Of a DNA stretch of 64,000 nucleotides, positions 54,751-64,000 are shown piece by piece. The position numbers were made by a program, and so were the translations under genes. The notes under the pieces were generated by a model, which was not told the origin of the DNA, did not search any database, and worked only from the letters and a program-made list of their open reading frames with translations. Within the stretch, counting starts at the first letter, position 1. The number at the start of each line of letters is the position of its first letter. The stretch comes from Phoronis australis (taxonomy: Eukaryota > Animalia > Phoronida): contig NMRA01000528.1 of assembly GCA_002633005.1 (NCBI GenBank), positions 126,535 to 190,534 of the forward strand, in the 5' to 3' direction.

Positions 54751-54947
54751 TCATGCGCGCATCCAGCCTAAAATGTGGTGATGGTGGGGGGAGGGCTCGA
54801 ATTTTTGCAAATGGGGACCGTTTACTAAAAAAATTGTATCGTTTTTTCTCGGTCTTTTTCTTTCCCTGAGGCGGACCTTTTTGCCCACTTCGCCACATGG
54901 GGGGCTGGTTTTAGCCCCCGATCCCCCGCCCCTGGGTGCGCGCATGA
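54751..54947. mobile_element. GC-rich MITE (TCATGCGCGCA.CCAG / CTGGGTGCGCGCATGA)
   Basis: 16-bp TIR with one mismatch; related right end at ~44123-44140. Confidence 0.7.
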
Positions 54948-57900
54948 CGTGCCATGCAAATGATAGGAAGTCTAAAAACACGTGTTGTTCTTGAACCTTG
55001 AGACAACTGCTGTATAATGAGGTACCTCATCATAAACATCAGTAAATTCTGTATCAAACTTGACAACAGTAAGTTGTAGCGAGAAGCAGATCAAACCTCT
55101 CTCATAGCTCTTGACTGGATCTTTTAAAATACCAAGTTTCAAAAAGATAAAATCTCCAAAGCTATGGGACAGAAAATTTGTCCATAAAAGAACAGCCTTA
55201 CGAGAATCTCGAATAACTTGAGAGTGAAAAGTTGCAGTGAGAAAACGATGGCACATTTGTGATAGCTCTTGGCGTGATATAAGATAGAGCTTCAAAAACA
55301 AACAAATGAAAAATGGAAGTCTCAGCGTCATCTTGTGTTTGATTCCGCCTGTTGCGTTTAACACGATACATAGCCTGTGAATCTCATGTCCATTAGACAA
55401 AAATGCGACCTGAGACGTGCATACAAACAAAAAGCAAAAAATCCCGTTTAAAACTTCAAGAGAGAACAACATAATAGGCCCAGAGAAATCTTGAAATCTA
55501 GAGTCGAGAGTCATGGTGGGATGTAACAAGAAACGAATTATCCTCATGAAGTTCAGGACAGGGTGTAACTACATTGAAAATGTCAGAAAAATCCAAGAAA
55601 AAACCACGGAGGTACAATTGCGCGCTCAGGGAAACAAAAAGTGTTCGTGATCCCACCCTTAGCGTCAGCACCATTTATTGCTCGATTTCGACCAAAGCAG
55701 GCCTCGAAATATCTCTCAGTTTTTAAGACAGACAATAATATAAAAAACACAATTACCAGAAAATTCGAATCGTTAGAGTTGTACACGGTCTAGTTAGATA
55801 CATATTGTGTGAAAATTTCGAGTTTATCTAGCGAAAAATTCGACCTGTGGCGTGCGTCCCACCATACAATGAGACCACGGCAACGTCGATACTTATGTGT
55901 AAAATCAAACGAATTAAATCAACGAGAATAAAAAAAGCATGTGCTAATGGAAATCAAAATAGTGCTCCGGAAGTAAACATTGATTCTTACATACAAACAA
56001 CGAAATCTGTTGATCTGTGGCCACCATGACTCGAACATCTGTCACAGACAAAGCAATGTGGCCCTTAACCAACAAGACCGCGTCCCCTAATGTAACTCTG
56101 TCATTCAGTTATTTAAACTACCTTCTTACAGGCATTCTCGTTTCATGAACATTCAGTACGTAACTGTTGAAACGATTTAATTTGAACCTAATGGGTAGCA
56201 AAGGCACGATTGCGGTACATAAAATGTTACCGTGGACTTGTTTGTCGACCATCTTGTCTAGTGAAACACTACACTTTTAAACTTTTAATTTTTAGTTTTA
56301 ACACCATTATGAAAAAGCTAAGTGCGAGGAAAAATATCAGAAAAACGTACATTAAACGTTAGGAAAACCCCCAAGTTAAATGGCAGGGCAAATTTTTCAC
56401 AAACGGATGAAGAGACCAGAGGAAATGACATTTTCAAAACTCAAATTTGGAAAACGTATTTGACTGAGTGCCTTTGCCAAAATTTCTTTTCTTGGCTAAT
56501 TTTTCTCTCTTTGCCTCAGTGACTAAATCGCCAATTGCTGGGGGAATGGGTGTCACCTCCGACAATCCTCAGAATTGGGCCAGCCGAAGATGAGCCATAC
56601 ATACATGTATTCAGAACATAAATCAGTGTCGTGTTCCGCCAATAGATGGCGGGACTGGATAAGTGTGACAGACACCGGCGGCGTACTACACGTTCCAGAA
56701 AAAATAGGAATATTGTCAGAAGCACAACATTGACAACCATTTACGTAATTACTGGATTACTTAGCGTGTTAGGTAATAAAGCCCCATCTAGACACGCTAA
56801 AAACTATGCCAAGGTTTTTAGGAACTGACTTCGGAAGTTGTTGCCCCTTTTGCGATATCCAAATCGGCGCGGCGTCGGTGGAAGTATCCGCGGCGCTTCA
56901 GCGTGATCACTACTTGTACACTTAATCCAAGATTACGCTAACCAATTTAAATTGCTTCCCTATGAAAACTCTTCCATGTACTGTACGTAGACTCTCAGGC
57001 AGTGTCGCAAGCAAATGTATTCAACAGGTAAGGACAGGGGAAGAACGTGACGGAAACACGCACCGGAACGGGATTGCACAAGATATGGCCAGCGTCCCAC
57101 AGCAGGCCCGTGTGAACGAGTCTCGGCATGGCAACAAAATGGTCACGAAACATCTTGACGCGTCATGGACACAGGTAGACTCATTGTAGAAGATGTTCAC
57201 ATCTTTTTTGCAGATATTTAAAGACAAGTGTGTTCGACAGATCCAGACGATTGGCAGACGACACAGTCAAATTGCTCTTTGTAGCTCTCAGTGAAGTCCA
57301 AAAATTGCGACGTCAGCTTCACCCAAAATGCTTGCCCAAAACGATGCAGTTTGACTCCGGTTGTACAATCAACTCAAACTGGTATTTGGACCACGGCAGT
57401 TACTAGCACCCAATATTTGGTAAGCGATAATGTTCCTCCATGCAAACAATTTGTACAGAAAATACGTGTCAGAAAATAGGTTGTGTTAGAACGTAGAAGA
57501 TTTTGGGCATGTCACAGAAACCATATCTGTTCCAACTCTTATCATATTTCCACAATTAAAGAATGAGTATTTTGAGCGGCGAATGGTTGTCTCGTCAAAA
57601 CGGCCACCTGAATCAACATAAAAGTGGCTTCATTTTCTTTACTGTCAGTTACAACGAGAAAACAGTCATCGAAATGAATTTCTTTAATTTTAGAATTTGA
57701 ATTCCATTGATGCATAAAAAAGAGACAAGGAAACCTATCGACCTTTTTACGGATAACTTGTGGCGTCAAATACACAGAATGTTGCGGAATAGCGGTCACC
57801 CGAAGACGTAGATATACCATCTACATGTATATAGAAATCAACGTCTTTTGGTAGTACTTCAAGCGGCCAAGGTTTTTTTCATGGAGTGCACGTGAAATTG

Positions 57901-60162
57901 GAACAAATTGCATAAAATGTCAAGTACATGTGTTTTTGGGTCCCCATTCAGAAATTTGAGTACGCAATTTAGGTTTATCGACATTTTACGCGTGACTGAC
58001 GTCCATTTATTAGACTAAGTACTACCGTGTGAACGCGAATAAGATATCATTACAAAAGCAGTCCATAAATTTGGTTGTTTCATGACGTCTGGTGCATTGT
58101 TCAATAATAACAGCGTGACGCGTGATAATGCGTCGTCATTGTTGCTATACGGCGTATAATTTTTATGCAACTGGGTCCTACTCCAGACAAAAGGAGCAAA
58201 ACCAATGTTTCGGATGCCGACAGGTTTTTTCTACCACCTTAGTTACGAATGACAATTTCTTAAAGACATGGAAGTAGAAGCCCGCATTTATTTGCCGGCA
58301 GGTTGACATATTTTGCCAAAGCAACGGTAAAATATCGCCTTTGAGAAGGGCGAGCCAATAGTTTAAAAAAGTGACGGCATAGTAACGTGTTTTATACAGC
58401 TTAAAAGCTGAAAGAAATATCATTGTCCCTATGACGTCAAACCTCTCTGAAACAGTGGTGATAACAAGAGGTCAAACCGTGACGCGTATACGTAAAAACT
58501 GGATGCCTACCTGGGGAAATAAAAACTATTTTGCACTCTGAAAGGACAGAATTATTTTGCTCAAACCTGGACAAGTCTAGGTCGATATTTTAAAGGGGCA
58601 ATAGTCCAAAAAGCTGGCTGATGGCCTTTCGGGCTATAAAAACATGCACTTTCTCGTTCTATTATCTTTTAAGATAAAATGTGAATTAAAATTACTATTT
58701 GGTCAATGTTCATTTGTTCGAACTACATATAAATAAAGGCAAAGATTGGACATTCTATTATTAATGGACATGAAATCACGTGTCTCATGAGGAGGCATTT
58801 TTGTGTTGCAGCTCGAACATAAACGAATTTGGTATATTTACCCTTTTGATACATTGCATAAAATAATCATGTTAGACGCTGGCGGTTTTTGTACATGTAC
58901 ATCCACTTTCAATGAAACCTAGTTCAAATCACTCGGTTAAATCACTGTGTTTTTCTAAGAGTAGTGGGGCCCGTTCCACATAAAATTGTTGCGCGTTTTG
59001 TATGGCCATTACCAGCTATTCTTATGACCCAGTGACCGCAGCCGACTAATCGTTAGTTCTCGAAAAATGTCTACCTCCAGAGTTCAACTTAATGCAAATT
59101 TGAACTTACACACCGTCGTTGAACAATTCCCCATTCTTGGACAAGGAATGTTCTCGACAAGAGACAAAATGATTACACGGTGGGTATCCTCACGTCTAGA
59201 TGAAAGTCGCGAGTAAAATAGTGCGGTATGATGGATGTAGTTATATTTACAAACAATACAGTGCTTGCCGATAGGTCAGAAATAACCAAATTTTTAAAGT
59301 TGGTGAACGTCTAACCAAGATTTTAAATCTCAACCTCCTCGTTTCCAAGAAGTAGGCCTACACTGCATCTATAGCTGTCAAGACGTTCCTCACAATATCG
59401 TTAAGGCTAAATTCAGGAACCCCTTTAAAATCCTTTGGAACAGCAATCGCTGTCCACTATAGAGAGAATGATGAAAATAATGAACCATAAATGAGATGAT
59501 TTTAAAGTCTTTTATAACCCTGATGTATTAGCACTTTGCTAAACATGTATTGTGTCCTCGTTAAATAAATTTTAAAATATTCATAATATTAATAATAACA
59601 ATAACGAAAACGATAACACGTAACAGTAGTGATAGTTTTAATAGCAGTAATAGTAGTAATAGTAAAAATAGTAGTAAAAATAATGTGATACTAACAAAAA
59701 TTATAATAGATAGCTAAATTCATGTCGTGTCTGCCCGTAGGGCATTCTGTAGAAGAGGTATACCAAAAGTGCCGCCCAAAAGGGTGTTCTTTCATAGAAA
59801 AAGTGCTCTCCAAAATGGTGCCATTTTCGACAAAATGATATCTAAAAGGTGATTCCTGAATTTCTGGAACAAAACTGTGCGAAAATGTGAATCTTTACAC
59901 AAATTAGTCTCTTATTGGGTCACTTTTTTGTCCGAGCCCACTCTCTAAACGGTTACGTATTCATTTATTTCGGGCGGCAACCCTCGTACAAAAATACTCC
60001 AGTACCCCTGGTCGTGTCAGATACCACTTGTTCGTGATTTTGGTAATTTTCCTTGCAATATGACGTACTGTAGGTTTTGTAAAATGTAACAATGGTACAT
60101 TTCTCGAGTGTGCGTTCGACGTAGCATGTAACGTCTTGTTACATTTTAGGAGAGGCTTAGCA

Positions 60163-60304
60163 ACGTAAAATGTAACAATGACGTAAAATGTAACAATGAC
60201 GTAAAATGTAACAATGACGTAAAATGTAACAATGACGTAAAATGTAACAATGACGTAAAATGTAACAATGACGTAAAATGTAACAGTGACGTAAAATGTA
60301 ACAG
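60163..60304 (+). repeat. 18-bp minisatellite (ACGTAAAATGTAACAATG) x ~8
   Basis: Directly visible; gives the LLHFTS repeat ORF; inverted copies of the unit at ~60137-60148 and ~60595-60628. Confidence 0.97.
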
Positions 60305-60452
60305 TTGTTGCAACAATGTGTCATACTCATTACGCCACATCTTAAATGCCAATTGTCATATAGTGTTTTTATTTTACTTTATTTCTGTTTCTGTTGACGA
60401 AGGATGTCATTATATCCGAAAATTTCAGTTGATCCATTCTTGTTGTTTTATT

Positions 60453-60513
60453 TACACACACCCACNACACACACACACACACACACACACAAATATATAT
60501 AGGTATATATATA
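60453..60513. repeat. (CA)n followed by (TA)n microsatellite
   Basis: Directly visible; contains N60466. Confidence 0.9.
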
Positions 60514-61167
60514 TTCTACATTTTGTGAAACAATAGTATCCTTGACTTGAGAGGATCTGGATCGCCTTATTTAGTTTCAGATTTATTTTCTACGTTATTT
60601 ACATTTTACGAAATTGTTACATTTTACGGTGTATCAAGGCTCTCGTGTGTACGGAACGCACTCCTTGTTTCACCAGTAACCACTTCACGACCGATCTCTT
60701 ATAGGGTAAGCGGTAAGTGTCGTCCTTCCATACCGCCCGACCATTGTCATAACATTTTGTTTGCCTTCGTTGCTACGTCATGTCGCAAATGATCTCATTT
60801 GAGTAAAGAACAACTTATCAGGTGACTTTCATAGCTGTGAGTTGTCTAATGCTTTTTTAACAGAATGCCGTTTTGCAGAGCACGGGGTTTTTACCAAAAA
60901 GTGAAGGTTTTAAAGGGGAAGACAACATTTTTATGTCATTTTTAGTAAAAATATGGTTCGTTGGTTACCCATGACGTATTTTCAGATAATAACGACTTTC
61001 TGTAATTTTATTAATTAGTCGCGCCATACTCCAGGAGTGACATTCAGGGAGTCAAGAGTTTCCCGCAATTTTGTTTTCATATAGTCTGACTGAGTGACCT
61101 GTCGAGTCAGTCGTTGTTTTACCTCTGTTGTGATAATTTCGGTTGTAGTTTGCGTTGGTCGGTCAAC

Positions 61168-61875
61168 ATGCTGCACGGTTGCTGCGTACTGGGGTGTACT
61201 TATTATTGTCTCACGTGCACCTTGGGTATACCACTACACCGCTTTCCGAAAGCTGACACGCTAAGCCGTACTTAGATCGTCCGTGTGAAGAACGCAGCGT
61301 TACCGTCCACGCGACGTACAAAGCACTGGAAAATTACCGAGTGTGTGGCAAGCATTTTGTGCCGTTGGATTACGAACGAGAAGTGTACGCGGAATTGATA
61401 AAAGTTCCTGCAAAACAACGCATGAAGAAGGGTGCCATACTGTCCCTGTTGATTCCCGGCACCACTCCGTCGCTACCACCGAAAAAGCATTTTTGAAGCT
61501 AGTACCCTCGCGAGTTGTGGCCGTTACAGCGACTGGAGGTCCTTCATTTAATGTCACCCGTGCCTCCGAACGCACCTCAGAGCGCGCAATTCCGGGAACT
61601 AGCAGCGATTCGCCCCGTGCTGGTGTTGTCTGCAGCCCAGAGTCTGTAAGCAGCCCTGCAGCGATATTGATTAATGGGAGTGAATACAAGCCAAGTTCAA
61701 CACCCAGTGGAGAGACAGGTCGACGTCCAGTGGTCAAGCCGGTGGCAAACTCTGATAAGTTTGTTGCGGACTTGACTAAAGTGTTGGAGCTATTTAGAAT
61801 GTGCCAGGTATTTGGCAAGGGAGTCACACAGAGGGATATAAGCGGTTTGGGTGCCCAGGTCACCATCCAGTGGGA
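61168..61875 (+). pseudogene. THAP-domain transposase N-terminus, truncated before the DDE core
   Basis: MLHGCCVLGC...LHRFPKADTLSRT*(TAG for W)...frameshift...YRVCGKHFVPLDY...RMKKGAILSL is a C2CH THAP finger. Later KFVADLTKVLELFRMCQVFG...GAQVTIQWE resembles the start of the Kolobok transposase zinc-binding region. Confidence 0.85.
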
Positions 61876-62106
61876 ACAGCATAGGCAATCCATTGAGGTC
61901 AGCATAACAGTACGCACCGTGAATTTGCAAGTCGTCCCACCACGTCTGTCCTCAGTATCTACCTCATTCCTCTGAATACCTGACTGTGCATACTGTGCCT
62001 CACTATACTCGGGCTTAAACATGTATCCACCCAATGTCTGTTCGTGAAAAAAATTCCTCGTCACTGCTGCTATGAACAATGTTTCCGTTACTCTGACTCC
62101 AGCCAT
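61876..62106 (-). pseudogene. Kolobok accessory gene 5' remnant (KolX / P2X7 C-terminal ballast-like Cys-rich domain)
   Basis: GGYMFKPEYS...EDRRGGTTCKF...MLTSMDCLCC resembles the YxFEP...R...WCxCxxCxxMxxxxExxCC pattern, with some Cys lost. Oriented convergently to the transposase. Confidence 0.7.
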
Positions 62107-64000
62107 TTTCAGGCTACTACAACGATAAGGTTTCTAAATCCAACGTAACTCAGTTATCTTACAACATAGTTTGTCGTAGAATACCTGTCGATGGGAAGAG
62201 GTGACGACAATTTTAGAAAAACATCACAAACAACAGTAGAACATATCCTCACAGTAAACTCGAACACACTATAAACAAAATGGCGGGAAATTCTTAACCC
62301 CAAAACGTCACTTCCGGAGTAGTGCACTACTAATTAATAAAATTATAGGGAAGACGTGGTTAACTGAAACACATGCATGGGATAATCAACAAACCGTATT
62401 TTTACTAAAAATGACATGAAAAACGTTGCATTCCCCTTTAAGCGCCATTGGTTATTGCATTGAAACGTCACTGTTCGACAAAAGCTATTTGCGCGCATAT
62501 GTTAATGCATGCACTTATTCTTGTACTTCAGTGTCAGGTGGAGTCTTCGGTCTTGCCGTAAGAGAGAGTTCTGTTGCGACGACTGAGTTCAGTACGAGGA
62601 CAACAGGCCATAACCAATTATTATTGTTGAATAAACAAAACGCAACTGCATTAGCGTTCGGAATACTGACTAAGTCACCAAGAACCAGGACAATTTTTAG
62701 GGAAAACCACCGTGAACAAACATGTTAGCACCATGAATTCTTTTGTGTAAGTGACATCTTAGACGGTAGGGCTCAGCAAAGTACGATGTCATAAATTACA
62801 GCTATGTTTATAACTGTTCAGTGTCCTGTAATCATTTCCTTCATGTATATTGAACGAACTTTTGTCGATTACCGCCTGCATGTAGTTGAATACGTCTCTA
62901 TTTCCTTCTGGCCTAGAATATCTGTTCAAACCCACACCTGCATCGCAGTGCGGCAGCAAAAGAATGAAACAACAGGCTTCAACATCAACGCGCATGCGCA
63001 AGATGTTTCCTGTACTGAGGGATCAGTGAAGCGACACAAATGTGAACGCGTTTCCCAGGTCTCCAGTTTCCGTTCAGGGCTCCCCTTCCGGTGGCACCAA
63101 TTTTTTTTCTGGGTGAGCCTTCTGATTTCTTAAGAGCGGAGCGGTCCACACTAACTTCCTGAGTAGGGCGCATTAACCCCCGCTTCCTACGCCTATACAT
63201 GTACAGCGGGGACACATGTTATTGACGAAAGAAATGTAATAAAAGGCAAATGCTCTACGTAATCGCTTACTACATTACAAGCAAATTATTTTACAATGTT
63301 TAAATCGTTACACCTTGTCTAACAGTTGTCAAAAAGAATGGAAAACACATCACGAGATCGTTCACAAAAATCGGCATGATATCAATTAAACACCTTTCCC
63401 AACGACACCACCGGAAGCCGGTATGTTGTTATTTTTGGGTCACACATTGATTACGGAAACTAAGACTTTTTAATGCAGGTTATCGTCTGTATGTTTACAC
63501 TTGTGTGGTAACATAAGACAATTGCTTTCGTTCAAGTGTTCACCTATTTGTTTATGTGAAATGTGGTAAATCAAGCGTGTTCTTATCTTTTTTGCATCGA
63601 CATACTTCTGACGTTAAAGAGTAGACTTGTTAAGCACCCTCAGCCTCACTTCTTCATAGAGCATGCGAATGCTTCGGGTATTTTGGTAGCCCCGAAAGCC
63701 AAATTTCTCTCGGAGACGTACCTTAACTGCTCATGTCCAAATCTCACCAACTGCGAGTTCTCGCTCGAAATCTGCTAGTAGAAGTGAGAGAAACATTTAC
63801 AAAACTGTGTTTTTTTCGTAATCGAATTTTCAAAGTGTGCTGCTTGCGAAAGGCAAGAATGCTGTTTCATCTCGGGGCTGGTTTCAGGGCGATAATGAAT
63901 ACAAAATCCTGCTTAACGCCTGCAACAGATAGCGTTTGTCATGAAAAATGGCAAGTGGGACTAATTGGCGGCTCCACTGCTGGAATGTTCTCCTCTGGCG

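Larger units (their letters stand above)
60914..62437 (+). mobile_element. Kolobok-type DNA transposon, internally deleted (1524 bp)
   Basis: TTAA|AGGGGAA ... TTCCCCT|TTAA (TSD 60910-60913 and 62438-62441); ~170-bp imperfect TIRs; two convergent gene remnants. Confidence 0.9.

Noticed and set aside
54972-55547. 191-aa minus-strand ORF
   Set aside because: Phe/Leu-rich composition typical of the antisense of A-rich DNA; no domain recognised.
58594-59424. Another Kolobok element (TTAA|AGGGG ... CCCCT|TTAA)
   Set aside because: Inverted similarity does not extend beyond five bases.
60146-60352. LLHFTS-repeat protein
   Set aside because: Translation of the 18-bp minisatellite.

Overview
Eukaryotic, AT-rich, repeat-dense genomic window, probably from a marine invertebrate (inference from intron sizes and repeat types). 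It has an N-gap at 45505-45712 and single Ns at 3355, 52124 and 60466. The main feature is a complete six-exon minus-strand GT7 glycosyltransferase gene (beta-1,4-galactosyltransferase / bre-4-like; CDS 39338 to 5700, 1002 nt, 333 aa) with GT-AG introns in phases 1,0,2,2,2. Exons 5 and 6 are absent from the ORF track and were found by hand translation. The protein carries Lys and Leu at the positions of bovine B4GalT1 R228 and Y289, which predicts a HexNAc rather than Gal donor. The right part holds a ~240-codon Cys-containing plus-strand reading frame of unknown family (53423-54162, weak NucA/NucB-like motif order) whose 5' end lies in a 1.5-kb tandem duplication that is probably an assembly artefact. 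It also holds a TTAA-flanked, internally deleted Kolobok-type transposon (60914-62437) with THAP/transposase and P2X7-ballast-like remnants. The remainder is MITEs (hAT-like, Academ-like), a LINE 3' end, tRNA-derived SINE heads and satellites. No rRNA, intact tRNA or CRISPR array was seen. No clearly new multi-gene system could be demonstrated from the sequence alone.
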